Part shown: positions 1 through 8,938 of the stretch, piece by piece | Numbering within the stretch: the stretch's first letter is position 1 | Layout: each line of letters opens with the position of its first letter | Source: Vicinamibacteria bacterium | GTDB taxonomy: Bacteria > Acidobacteriota > Vicinamibacteria > Vicinamibacterales > JAMQPK01 | Assembly (NCBI GenBank): GCA_031371345.1 | Contig: JANMJM010000285.1 | Location: 1 to 57,952, forward strand | DNA length: 57,952 nt | Direction of reading: 5' to 3' | Notes under the pieces: generated by a model | The model's input: the letters and a program-made list of their open reading frames with translations, nothing else | Databases searched by the model: none | What the model was told of the DNA's origin: nothing | Translations under genes and position numbers: made by a program

Positions 1-123
1 CAGCAGCGTCTTGATTTGCGCGGCGTCGCCGCGCATCGCCGCGTCGATGAGCTGCATGTTGAGGTCTTGGGCGTAAAGCGCGGTGGTGACGAGAAGCGTC
101 AGCGAAAGAACGCGAAGGATCAT
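1..123 (-). CDS. Partial (5' end only) exported protein, probably ankyrin-repeat
   Basis: Manual translation from ATG at 123: MILRVLSLTLLVTTALYAQDLNMQLIDAAMRGDAAQIKTLL. Signal peptide followed by an ankyrin-like LxxAAxxGDxxxIxxLL; start overlaps the upstream stop (TGATG). Runs off the window. Confidence 0.6.
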   Translation of the reverse strand, partial: MILRVLSLTLLVTTALYAQDLNMQLIDAAMRGDAAQIKTLL

Positions 124-953
124 CAGTGCGTCATCGCATAAAGGATGACGTCGATCCCGATGGCGTAGCCTTCCACGGAGAACGTGTAGAAATATGTCGG
201 GTCGTCGCCTTCGCGCTCGTACGCGTCGCCGAAGTCGGTGTTCATCGACATGAACAACATGATGCGGCCCCTGCTGTCGAGAATGGCGCGTGGATACGGC
301 GTCGCGCTGTCGGCCCCTCTCTCCGACGTCGTGCCGCTGCTTGTCCATCCAATCGATGGAATTTGCGGAAACCGTTTTGCGTCGAAGAGCGTGTGAAACA
401 TCGAGTGGCTGATCGGAAGGTCGATGATCGGGAATTCAGCGGCCGATGGAAAGATCTTCCTGACCTGCCGTTCCCAGCTCGCCCACGCGTAGGTGCCCCA
501 CGCGTCGTCGACCCAGAGAAAACCGCCTTTCAGCATGTACTCGCGCAACGCTTTGGCTTCGTTCTCGTCCAGGTACGCGCCGCCAAACTCGCTGGACATC
601 ACGAACGGGCACCTGAACATTTCCGGATCGGTTGCCTGGATGACGACGTGATTCACCTCGCGGTCGGGTTCGAAGCTCACGACGGTCTTGGTGAGCTCCG
701 ACAGGCGAATGGAAAGGTTTTGATCGGCGCGCGGATAGTCGACGCCCCAGCCTCCTCCGTCGCCGTCGGGTGCGAATCGGTACGCCAGCCGGCAGAAGGT
801 GAAATCGCCGCGGAACGTGTTGGCGTCGGGCCGCCGGATCGACGCCATCCGACCACCGCCATAGCCGCCCCGGCGACGCTGGGCATAACTGAGCGCGCTG
901 GCGGCCAGCACGAAGACGACGACGAGGGCGATGAATTTTGTGCCCCGGCGCAT
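123..953 (-). CDS. DUF4159 domain exported protein
   Basis: Signal peptide; motifs FTFCRLAY, WGVDYPRAD, LREYMLKGGFLWVDD, D..GRIM..M..NTDFGDAYE, C-terminal YAMTH typical of DUF4159. Confidence 0.8.
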   Translation of the reverse strand: MRRGTKFIALVVVFVLAASALSYAQRRRGGYGGGRMASIRRPDANTFRGDFTFCRLAYRFAPDGDGGGWGVDYPRADQNLSIRLSELTKTVVSFEPDREVNHVVIQATDPEMFRCPFVMSSEFGGAYLDENEAKALREYMLKGGFLWVDDAWGTYAWASWERQVRKIFPSAAEFPIIDLPISHSMFHTLFDAKRFPQIPSIGWTSSGTTSERGADSATPYPRAILDSRGRIMLFMSMNTDFGDAYEREGDDPTYFYTFSVEGYAIGIDVILYAMTH

Positions 954-973
954 CCCTCACCTCTGACGCTGCT

Positions 974-1052
974 AACTAGAAACTAGAAACTTGAAACTTG
1001 AAGGTAAGTTTTAAAGTTACTTTCCAGTTTCTAGTTTCCAGTTTCTCGTTAA
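974..1052. repeat. AT-rich palindromic heptamer-repeat hairpin
   Basis: Left arm AACTAGA AACTAGA AACTTGA AACTTGA (974-1001); right arm TCCAGTT TCTAGTT TCCAGTT TCTCGTT (1023-1050); imperfect inner palindrome. Confidence 0.85.
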
Positions 1053-1061
1053 CACCATTCA

Positions 1062-1445
1062 CTAATGAACCTCTCCCTCGCACTCCGGACACTGAATCTC
1101 CACAAATTGCAGCCACGCCGCGATTTCTCTTGGCGAAGGAAGCTCGGCAATCCGATCCGCCGACCGCACCCACTGCATTTGGCCCCACCGATCGGCCACG
1201 GCGCAACCCGGGAGTGGCATGCCGTCGATGGGATTCGTCGTGACGACGACGACCGCGTCGTGGACGGCCAGCGCCGGCAGCGCCTCGCGCAACTGCTGAA
1301 TATATGACTGGGCTTCGGGCGACGCGTCTTCGCCCAGGCAAAGAAGCGCGAGGTTCTTCTTCTGCCAGAGATCCGCGTAATTCACGCGGATGTCGTCAAT
1401 CGTGACGCACTCGAACCGCGGAACGTGATCGCCCTTGTTCAGCAT
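1062..1445 (-). CDS. Small redoxin/AhpC-TSA-like (thioredoxin-fold) protein with C-terminal CPEC
   Basis: N-terminus L.KGD.VP.F...... resembles redoxins; 'VADRWG' strand; ends QCPECEGEVH. Co-oriented 12 bp downstream of the guaB-like gene. Confidence 0.6.
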   Translation of the reverse strand: MLNKGDHVPRFECVTIDDIRVNYADLWQKKNLALLCLGEDASPEAQSYIQQLREALPALAVHDAVVVVTTNPIDGMPLPGCAVADRWGQMQWVRSADRIAELPSPREIAAWLQFVEIQCPECEGEVH

Positions 1446-1457
1446 CAGTTAAAGATA

Positions 1458-2942
1458 TCACCGATCGAAAGACTCTTTGCGCCCCGATGGCGAGAGCTTT
1501 ATCAAATACCGGTCAGGAGTTTTCCAAAATATCTGTTTCAGCTCTGCCAAACTCGTCGCGCCGCCGTAACTAATGGACGAGGCGAGATGCTTCAGCATGC
1601 CGGCGATGACCGGACGCGCCGAACCCCGCAACGGAACACTCACTTCGAGACCTTCCGCGCCGAGCGTGTCCACATCGACCGTGTCGGCATCTTCCACGTC
1701 GAGGCGATCGACCATCGCGCCGATCGACGCCATTCCGCGGAATACCTTGAAGGGCACCCGCACGACTTTCTGCGATTCGGGCAGGACGACCGATTTGTGC
1801 ACGGTCTCGCCGGGCGTTTCAGTCGTGCCGGCGAACGCGTTCCCCAGCATGACGGTGTCACCACCGAACAGCAGCGCCTCGATGATGGCGCCGTCGCGCC
1901 GGATGCCGCCGTCGGCGATGAGCGGGATTTTGTCGCCGACCGCCATGCGACATTCGACCAGCGCCTGCAACTGTGGCACGCCGAAGTTTGTGTTGAGGCG
2001 CGTCGTGCATCCCCCGCCCGGACCGATACCAACCTTTATGCCGTTCACGCCCCGCTCTGCGAGGTATGTCGCGCCATCGGCCGTCGCCACGTTGCCGGCG
2101 ATCATTTCGAAATCGCCGAACCGGGCGCGGAACGCTTCGATCGCTTTTGCCATGACGACCGAATGGCCGTGCGCGATGTCGATGACGAGCACGTCGACGC
2201 CCGCCTTAATCAGCTCGGCGCCTCGCTCGAGAAAATCCCCTTTTGCGCCAATCGCCGCGCCCACGCGCAGCCGCCCCTGCGAATCGCGCGTCGCGAGCGG
2301 CAGATGCTTCTGTTTCACGATGTCCCTGGCCGTGATCAGTCCGGTGAGCCGGCCGTCCTTGCTAATCAGCGGCAGCTTCTTGATCTTCCGCTCGACCATC
2401 AGCCGCTCAGCATCCTCGAGCGACAGCGGCCCCGATTGGACGACGAGCTTCTCGAGTGGCGTCATACGATCGGCGACGAGTTTCTGGCCGCCCACAAACC
2501 GCACGTCGCGCGCCGTTAACAACCCCTTGAGCTTCCCGCTGCCATCGACGACGACCAGCGTGCCGACGCCCGATCTCTCCATCTTCCTGCCCGCCTCTGA
2601 GAGGCTTGCGGAAGGCGCGATCGTGTAGGGATCGGCAATCACACCGTGCTGGGTGCGCTTGACGATTTCGACTTCGCGAACCTGCGACGCGATATCGCCG
2701 CCGCGGAAGCCTCGATCGATGATGCCGATGCCCCCTTCCTCGGCCTGGACGATGGCCATGGCCGAGCGTGTAATCGTGTCCATGTTCGCCGACACGATCG
2801 GGTGTTTCAGCGTGAGATGTTCCGTGAGGCGCGACGACAGATCGATCGTCTTCGGATCGCGGCGCTCGAGCACGCTGTATTGCGGTGAAAACAGGAAGTC
2901 GTCGAAGGTGCAGCCCCGGACGGCTTCAAGCAGGTCGGTCAT
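1458..2942 (-). CDS. guaB: IMP dehydrogenase / GMP reductase family protein with CBS pair
   Basis: TFDD..F.P, PIVSANMDTIT, two CBS domains, GRLRVGAAIG, IDIAHGHS, KVGIGPGGGCTTR (catalytic Cys loop), IADGGI, FRGMAS. Catalytic loop and flap are atypical (see findings). Confidence 0.8.
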   Translation of the reverse strand: MTDLLEAVRGCTFDDFLFSPQYSVLERRDPKTIDLSSRLTEHLTLKHPIVSANMDTITRSAMAIVQAEEGGIGIIDRGFRGGDIASQVREVEIVKRTQHGVIADPYTIAPSASLSEAGRKMERSGVGTLVVVDGSGKLKGLLTARDVRFVGGQKLVADRMTPLEKLVVQSGPLSLEDAERLMVERKIKKLPLISKDGRLTGLITARDIVKQKHLPLATRDSQGRLRVGAAIGAKGDFLERGAELIKAGVDVLVIDIAHGHSVVMAKAIEAFRARFGDFEMIAGNVATADGATYLAERGVNGIKVGIGPGGGCTTRLNTNFGVPQLQALVECRMAVGDKIPLIADGGIRRDGAIIEALLFGGDTVMLGNAFAGTTETPGETVHKSVVLPESQKVVRVPFKVFRGMASIGAMVDRLDVEDADTVDVDTLGAEGLEVSVPLRGSARPVIAGMLKHLASSISYGGATSLAELKQIFWKTPDRYLIKLSPSGRKESFDR

Positions 2943-2980
2943 GGCGACATCATAATCTCACCACGCGATATGATTAAGCG

Positions 2981-4546
2981 TTGCAAACGCGCCGCATTTC
3001 ATTTGCCGTCTACGCCGCCGGCCTAGTACTGCTTGCTTCGGCCGTCTCCGGCCAGGGTCCCAACCAAGGCGGCCAGCTGACGATTTTGTTGCGCGAGGGT
3101 CGCCGGCCCCTTCCCACCGTCGCGCTCCAAGGCCGTCAAATGGTCGGATTGGACGACCTGTCGACGCTGTTTCAGTTGACGGTGCGCGAGGACGCCGCCG
3201 CGAAAGCGGTGACGGTGAGCTACAAGAATCAGACGGTGGTGCTGACGCCCGATCAATCGCTGGCCTCGATGTCTGGTGGCCGATTGATTTCACTGCCAGC
3301 GCCGCTTGTCCGTCAAGGTAACCGTTGGCTCGTACCGGTGGAATTCATCAGCCGGGCGCTCGCGCCGATCTACGATGCGCGCATCGAGTTTCGGCCGGCC
3401 TCTCGACTCGTGGTCGTCGGCGACGTGCGCGTGCCCCGCATTACCGCGCAATACGACGACACAGGAACGGCATTTCGTGTCACGTTCGAAATGACGCCGA
3501 AGACCTCGACGGCTGTCACGCAGGAACAGAACCGGCTGGTCGTGCGTCTCGAGGCCGACGCGCTCGACGCCTTGTTTCCCGCGCCACCGTCGCAAAACAA
3601 TGTGCTGACCGGCATTCGCGCCGTCGAGCCAAACACCATCATCATGGACCTCGGCCCGCGGTTTGCGTCGTTTCGCACATCGACGCCGGTGTCGAGTGGC
3701 GCCGCGGCCATGCTCACGGTCGAGCTGCTGACGATTGCCGGCCAGACGTCGGGGAATCCGCCTGTCGCGGCGTCGCCCGAGGCGCCTGCCGTGCCCGCGT
3801 CTCCCTTGCCGGTGTTCGGAGCTCCCCGCGCATCGATCAGGACGATCGTGATCGATCCGGGACACGGCGGCGAAGATTCTGGCGCGAAGGGCCCGGGCGG
3901 GTCGACGGAGAAAGACGTGACGCTGGCCGTTGCCCGGCGCTTAAAAAGCGGAATCGAGAGCCGTCTGGGCATCCGCGTGCTGACAACTCGCGATAACGAT
4001 GCGCAGATTGACGCCGATGCCCGCGCGTCGATGGCCAACAACAATAAAGCCGATTTGTTCATCAGCCTCCACGTGAACGGGTCGATGCGGCCAGCGACGA
4101 AGGGCGCATCGATTTATTCCCTCAGCCTCGATCGACTTGGGGAGGACGCGCGGCGCCAGTCGCGCGCCGAACGCGAGGTGTTGCCCGTGTACGGCGGGGG
4201 CAACCGCGACTTTTCGCTCGTCGAGTGGGAGCTCGCTCAGGCCTCGCACATCGAAGGGTCAACGGCATTCGCGGCGCTTGTCGAACAGAAACTGAAGGAG
4301 ACGGCCGGTCTCCCCGTAGTGGCCGTGCTGAAGGCGCCGATGCGTGGCCTCGCCGGCGCCAATATGCCGGCCGTGTTGTTCGAGATGGGATATATCTCGA
4401 ATCCCGACGACGAGAAACTGTTGGGGTCGGCTGAGTTTCAAAATAGCATCGTCCATGCGCTCACGGAGGCGATTGTCGCGTTCCGCGAGTATCTCGATCG
4501 GGGGCCTGCCGTGCCCGCCGCTCCCGCTGCTCCCGCTGCTCAATGA
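2981..4546 (+). CDS. N-acetylmuramoyl-L-alanine amidase (Amidase_3) with N-terminal accessory domains
   Basis: Signal peptide; IVIDPGHGGED.GA.G, EKDVTL, ADLFISLHVN, MPAVLFEMGYISN zinc-amidase motifs. Start (TTG) uncertain. Confidence 0.9.
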   Translation: MQTRRISFAVYAAGLVLLASAVSGQGPNQGGQLTILLREGRRPLPTVALQGRQMVGLDDLSTLFQLTVREDAAAKAVTVSYKNQTVVLTPDQSLASMSGGRLISLPAPLVRQGNRWLVPVEFISRALAPIYDARIEFRPASRLVVVGDVRVPRITAQYDDTGTAFRVTFEMTPKTSTAVTQEQNRLVVRLEADALDALFPAPPSQNNVLTGIRAVEPNTIIMDLGPRFASFRTSTPVSSGAAAMLTVELLTIAGQTSGNPPVAASPEAPAVPASPLPVFGAPRASIRTIVIDPGHGGEDSGAKGPGGSTEKDVTLAVARRLKSGIESRLGIRVLTTRDNDAQIDADARASMANNNKADLFISLHVNGSMRPATKGASIYSLSLDRLGEDARRQSRAEREVLPVYGGGNRDFSLVEWELAQASHIEGSTAFAALVEQKLKETAGLPVVAVLKAPMRGLAGANMPAVLFEMGYISNPDDEKLLGSAEFQNSIVHALTEAIVAFREYLDRGPAVPAAPAAPAAQ

Positions 4547-5121
4547 CACCGAGACAGCGCGCCATCGTGATCTACTCCGGCCTCGCCGTCGTGCTGTCGG
4601 TCGCGCTCGTCGCGATGTTGTTTCTCGGACCGCGTTGGCTCGCCACAAGCGAGCCGGAGCAAGCTGCCGCCGCGAGCGCCGCCACATCGAACGCGCGAAA
4701 AATTCGCGCCCGCTTGTTCTACGTGTCGGAGGACGGCACTCGCCTCTTGCCTGTCGAACAGGAAGTCGTTTACGGTGAAGGCACCATCGAGCAGGCCAAA
4801 CGGATTATCGAGGCACAAGTCGCGCCGCCAAAGCCGCCGCTGGTGTCGGCCATTCCCTTAGGGACCAAGCTGAAGGCGGTGTTCGTCACGCCGAAAGGCG
4901 ACGCGTACGTCGACCTGAGCACCGAAGTGCGCAGCAATCATCCGGGCGGCACGACGAACGAGATTCTGACGGCCTATACGCTGGTGAGCGCACTGACACT
5001 GAATCTGCCGGCGATCACGGGCGTGCAAATTCTGATCGACGGAAAAGAAGTGGACACGCTGGCGGGACACTTGGATCTGAGGCGGCCGTTGGAGCAGGAC
5101 GGGCAGTGGATATCTCAGTAG
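4543..5121 (+). CDS. GerMN domain membrane-anchored protein
   Basis: N-terminal TM; LFY....L....V, SAIP.GT.L, AYVDLS, VQILIDG, TLAGH.DL..P; ATGA overlap with the amidase. Confidence 0.85.
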   Translation: MTPRQRAIVIYSGLAVVLSVALVAMLFLGPRWLATSEPEQAAAASAATSNARKIRARLFYVSEDGTRLLPVEQEVVYGEGTIEQAKRIIEAQVAPPKPPLVSAIPLGTKLKAVFVTPKGDAYVDLSTEVRSNHPGGTTNEILTAYTLVSALTLNLPAITGVQILIDGKEVDTLAGHLDLRRPLEQDGQWISQ

Positions 5122-5141
5122 GGGTAAGGGGTAAAGGATAA

Positions 5142-5867
5142 ATGCGAATTGATCAGCGGGAATTGGACCAATTACGGCCGACGAAGATTACGCCTGGGTT
5201 TCTCCTTCATCCCGAGGGCTCTGTGCTCGTCGAATCGGGACGCACGCGCGTCATCTGCACGGCCAGCGTCGAAGATCGCGTGCCGCCATTTTTACGGAAT
5301 ACAGGGAAAGGCTGGGTGACGGCCGAATATGGCATGCTCCCCCGCGCCACCTCGACGCGCACCACGCGCGAAGCGTCGGCGGGCAAGGTCGGCGGCCGGA
5401 CGCAGGAAATCCAACGGCTCATCGGACGCTCGCTGCGCTCCGTCATGAAACTGGAAGAGCTCGGCGAGCGGACCGTGTGGATCGATTGCGACGTGATTCA
5501 GGCCGACGGCGGAACGCGAACGGCGTCAATCACCGGCGCGTTCGTGGCGCTGGTGCTCGCCCTGCAGCACATGCGCGAGAAGGACGGCCTGAAATCCATT
5601 CCTGTGAACGACTACGTCGCAGCCACGAGCGTGGGCATCGTCTCGGGCACCCCGATGCTCGATCTCGCGTATGAAGAAGACTCGAAAGCCGACGTCGACA
5701 TGAACATTGTGATGACCGGAAGCGGCAAGTTCATTGAAGTGCAGGGGACGGCCGAAGCGGCGCCGTTTGGCCGCGATGCCCTGCTGCAGCTGCTCGATCT
5801 TGGACAGAAGGGCGTGAACAATTTGATTGCGCTGCAGCGTCAAGCCGTCGGACATATTCTGAAATAG
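5142..5867 (+). CDS. rph: Ribonuclease PH
   Basis: [61 protein letters not shown]. Confidence 0.97.
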   Translation: MRIDQRELDQLRPTKITPGFLLHPEGSVLVESGRTRVICTASVEDRVPPFLRNTGKGWVTAEYGMLPRATSTRTTREASAGKVGGRTQEIQRLIGRSLRSVMKLEELGERTVWIDCDVIQADGGTRTASITGAFVALVLALQHMREKDGLKSIPVNDYVAATSVGIVSGTPMLDLAYEEDSKADVDMNIVMTGSGKFIEVQGTAEAAPFGRDALLQLLDLGQKGVNNLIALQRQAVGHILK

Positions 5868-5882
5868 CGAGCGAGGGGGAAA

Positions 5883-6593
5883 ATGGCCAAGCGAACGGGA
5901 AAATCCGATCAAGGGCGGCGCGGGACTGATCGACGGAACGTGAAGGACCGCAGAGTCGGCGTGCGTAAAGGCGCCGAGGCCCGCAAGAACGCCGTGACCC
6001 TGCTGGTGGCGACGTCCAATCCCCACAAGGTGAAGGAAATTGTCGCAATGCTCGGAAACCTTCCGGTGAACATCAGGACGCTGAAGGATTTTCCCAACGT
6101 GAAAATCGCCGAAGAAACAGGATCGACCTTCGAGGAAAACGCGCGCGAGAAAGCTTTGTACTACGCAAAGGCGTCGGGTCTGCTCACCATGGCGGAGGAT
6201 TCCGGCTTCGAAGTGGACGCGCTCGACTGCAAGCCCGGGATTCACTCGGCGCGATATCTCGGGCCCGATGCGACCTATCCGGAACGGTTCGCCGCCATCT
6301 ATGCGGAGTTGGCAAAACGCAAACTGAAAACGAGCGCCGCACGGTTTGTGTGTGCGCTCGCGCTCGTCTCTGGGAGCACGGTCACATTTGAAACGAAGGG
6401 CGTTGTCGAGGGACAGCTCGCCGCGCGACCGGCCGGCGACGGCGGATTCGGATACGACCCGATCTTCTGCTACCCGCCTTACGGCAAGACGTTCGGCGAA
6501 GTGCCGGCAAAAGACAAGGCCGCCGTCAGTCACCGAGGGGAAGCGATTCGCGCCCTTCGGTCCCATTTGGAACAAAATCTCAACGCCGGCTAG
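5883..6593 (+). CDS. rdgB: dITP/XTP pyrophosphatase (RdgB/HAM1) with Arg-rich N-terminal extension
   Basis: ATSNPHKVKE, EETGSTFEENA..KA, EDSG..VDAL, PGIHSARY, GFGYDPIF, SHRG; follows rph as usual. Confidence 0.95.
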   Translation: MAKRTGKSDQGRRGTDRRNVKDRRVGVRKGAEARKNAVTLLVATSNPHKVKEIVAMLGNLPVNIRTLKDFPNVKIAEETGSTFEENAREKALYYAKASGLLTMAEDSGFEVDALDCKPGIHSARYLGPDATYPERFAAIYAELAKRKLKTSAARFVCALALVSGSTVTFETKGVVEGQLAARPAGDGGFGYDPIFCYPPYGKTFGEVPAKDKAAVSHRGEAIRALRSHLEQNLNAG

Positions 6594-6633
6594 CCCGGTC
6601 GGTGGCCAACAGCTTGCATCGTTGGTCACCATA

Positions 6634-8184
6634 ATGGCTCCCCAAATCGATACAAGTTCGTACTGGACCGATAACACGCCTGCCCCGAAATTTTCAGCAT
6701 TAAAAGAGGACATCGCCGTCGACGTGCTCGTCGTCGGCGCCGGCATTACCGGGGTCACTGCCGCCTACCTGTTAAAGCGCGCCGGTCTGTCGGTGGCACT
6801 GGTCGAGCGTCATCGATGCGTCGAGGGCGAGACGGCTTACACGACCGCGCATTTGTCGGTGGTCACCGACACACGCCTGAAGGATCTCGTCAAGAAATTC
6901 GGCAGGGATCACGCACAGGCCGTGTGGGACGCCGGCTACGCCGCCATCGAGATGATCGATCGGCTGGTGTGGAACGAACAGATCAAGTGTCAGTTCCAAT
7001 GGGTGCCTGGTTACCTGTTCGATCCCGCCACCGAGACCGAAGAGCGGGCCGCACTCGAGTTGAAGGAAGAAGCCGAGCTCGCCACCGAGCTGGGCTTTGA
7101 TGCCGAGTTCGTCAAATGCTGTCCCGTCTTTCATCGGCCCGGCATCCGCTTCGAAAACCAAGCGAAGTTTCACCCTCGCAAATACCTGCTCGCGTTACTG
7201 CGGCTGATTCCCGGCAAAGGCAGCTACGTGTTCGAGAGCACAAACGTCGAAGAGATCCACGGCTCGCCCATCACAGCCATGACCGATAAAGGGCACCGCA
7301 TTCACTGCGGACATGTGCTCGTGGCGACGCACGTGCCGCTGCAGGGAAAAAGCAGTGTGATTCCCGCTACGCTCCTGCAGTCCAAGCTCGCGCCCTACAC
7401 CTCGTACGCTCTCGGCGGATGGGTGCAGCGGGGTACGGTGCCGGAGGCGCTGTTTTGGGATACGCGCGACGCCTACGACTACCTGCGCGTCGATCGCCGG
7501 CACGATCACGACTACGTGATCTTCGGCGGCGAAGATCATAAGACCGGACAGGTGGAGCACACGACCGACTGCTTCGCGCGCCTGCAGCAGCGGCTCAAGA
7601 AGCTGTTGCCGGAGATCAGCATCACGCACCGGTGGTCCGGACAGGTGATCGAAACCAATGACGGTCTGCCCTTCATCGGCGAGACATCCGAAGGCCAATT
7701 TGTCGCCACCGGCTTCTCGGGGAACGGGATGACGTTCGGCACGCTGTCGGCAATGATGTTCGTGGATTACGTCACCGGGGTCGCCAATCCGTGGAAAGAT
7801 CTTTTCGATCCGGGTCGGACCAAGGTGCTCGGCGGCGCGTGGGATTACCTTAAAGAGAATGCCGATTATCCGTACTATATGGTGCGCGATCGGTTCGTCA
7901 GCGTGGGCGGCAAGTCAGTACGCGCCATCGCGCGCGGGACGGGCGAAGTGATCGAGGTGGAGGGCCAGCCAGCGGCGGTTTACCGCGGCCTCGACAGCAA
8001 GATCTCCGTCCGCTCAGCGGTCTGCACGCACATGGGCTGCTACGTGCATTGGAACGACGCAGAGCGCACGTGGGACTGCCCGTGCCACGGCTCGCGCTTC
8101 AAAACCAACGGCGACGTGATGGCCGGACCTGCGGAAGCCCCGCTTGCGCCGATTGAGAAGAAAAAAAGCAAGGTAGTTGGTTAG
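6634..8184 (+). CDS. FAD-dependent oxidoreductase (DAO family) with C-terminal Rieske domain, YhfW-like
   Basis: SYW N-terminus, DVLVVGAGITG FAD motif, TTAH, FHPRKYL, Rieske CTHMGC...WDCPCHGSRF. Start reassigned to ATG 6634. Confidence 0.9.
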   Translation: MAPQIDTSSYWTDNTPAPKFSALKEDIAVDVLVVGAGITGVTAAYLLKRAGLSVALVERHRCVEGETAYTTAHLSVVTDTRLKDLVKKFGRDHAQAVWDAGYAAIEMIDRLVWNEQIKCQFQWVPGYLFDPATETEERAALELKEEAELATELGFDAEFVKCCPVFHRPGIRFENQAKFHPRKYLLALLRLIPGKGSYVFESTNVEEIHGSPITAMTDKGHRIHCGHVLVATHVPLQGKSSVIPATLLQSKLAPYTSYALGGWVQRGTVPEALFWDTRDAYDYLRVDRRHDHDYVIFGGEDHKTGQVEHTTDCFARLQQRLKKLLPEISITHRWSGQVIETNDGLPFIGETSEGQFVATGFSGNGMTFGTLSAMMFVDYVTGVANPWKDLFDPGRTKVLGGAWDYLKENADYPYYMVRDRFVSVGGKSVRAIARGTGEVIEVEGQPAAVYRGLDSKISVRSAVCTHMGCYVHWNDAERTWDCPCHGSRFKTNGDVMAGPAEAPLAPIEKKKSKVVG

Positions 8185-8299
8185 TTGTTGGTTGTTGGTT
8201 GTTGGTTGTTTCGGAAAAAGAAAAGGCCGGCACTCAAACCCGAGACGCCGGCCTTTCCTTTGACTAATCAACCAACCAACTAATCAACTAAACAACTAA
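8174..8299. repeat. GTTG/CAAC-type palindromic short-unit repeat element enclosing a terminator hairpin
   Basis: Left arm TAGTTGG/TAGTTGT/(TGGTTGT)3; right arm ACTAATCAACCAACCAACTAATCAACTAAACAACTA; overlaps the stop codons of both convergent genes. Confidence 0.85.
8216..8261. terminator. Probable bidirectional intrinsic terminator
   Basis: AAAGGCCGGC...GCCGGCCTTT stem flanked by A-rich and T-rich runs between convergent genes. Confidence 0.7.
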
Positions 8300-8880
8300 T
8301 TGCTCTTTCCGACGTGCAGCTCGTCGAACTTCGCAATCATGTCTTCGGCCGACGTCGCCGGCTTCACGGCCTTGTCGATGGCCAGGATGCGGCCATCTTT
8401 CCCGATGTAGAACGTCCAGCGCATCGCGGTCCCGCGCGGGCTCAACACACCATATGCCGTCGCCACTTCCTTGGTCGGATCGCTTAACAGCGGAAAATCC
8501 GCTTCCTTCTTCTGGACTTCGTTGCCGTTCAGCATCACCTTGGTCGCCTTGGCAAACTCGGTGTTCTTCTCGATCGAATCGGTGCTGGCCATGAAGTACT
8601 GCGCGTCATACTTCTTGATCTTGTCGCCGTTTTCCGCCAGCGACTTGCATTCGATGGTGCACCCCTGGGTGAACGCCGCGGGAAACCACGCGACCGCCAC
8701 GACTCTCTTGCCGGCGTAGTCGGCGAGGCTGTGGGTCTTGCCATCAGACCCCTGCAGCTTGAAGTTCGGGGCCTTGTCGCCCACCTTCAGCTCGACCGCA
8801 GGCGCGGGGGGCGCCTGCGCAAACGCAACCGCACATCCCAGGACCACGCCCGCCAAACCCATCAAACTCAGGCTACGCAT
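8296..8880 (-). CDS. Exported peroxiredoxin (Bcp/PrxQ-like, AhpC/TSA)
   Basis: Signal peptide; LKVGDKAPNF.L, WFPAAFTQGCTIEC (PxxxTxxC + CxxxC), FPLLSDP, YGV, R.TFYIGKDGRI. Start ATG 8880 after GGGAGG. Confidence 0.88.
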   Translation of the reverse strand: MRSLSLMGLAGVVLGCAVAFAQAPPAPAVELKVGDKAPNFKLQGSDGKTHSLADYAGKRVVAVAWFPAAFTQGCTIECKSLAENGDKIKKYDAQYFMASTDSIEKNTEFAKATKVMLNGNEVQKKEADFPLLSDPTKEVATAYGVLSPRGTAMRWTFYIGKDGRILAIDKAVKPATSAEDMIAKFDELHVGKSN

Positions 8881-8938
8881 ACTGCCTCCCATTCGTTGTA
8901 ACGCCAAATGCTTTGAAAAACCGATGTCTGGGATTTTA

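Noticed and set aside
8174-8299. Short repeats as a CRISPR array (also 25676-25751, 56520-56610)
   Set aside because: Units are 4-8 nt with no unique spacers; no cas genes in the window.
8640-8680. Selenocysteine in the peroxiredoxin active site
   Set aside because: Both active-site positions are ordinary Cys codons; no in-frame TGA.
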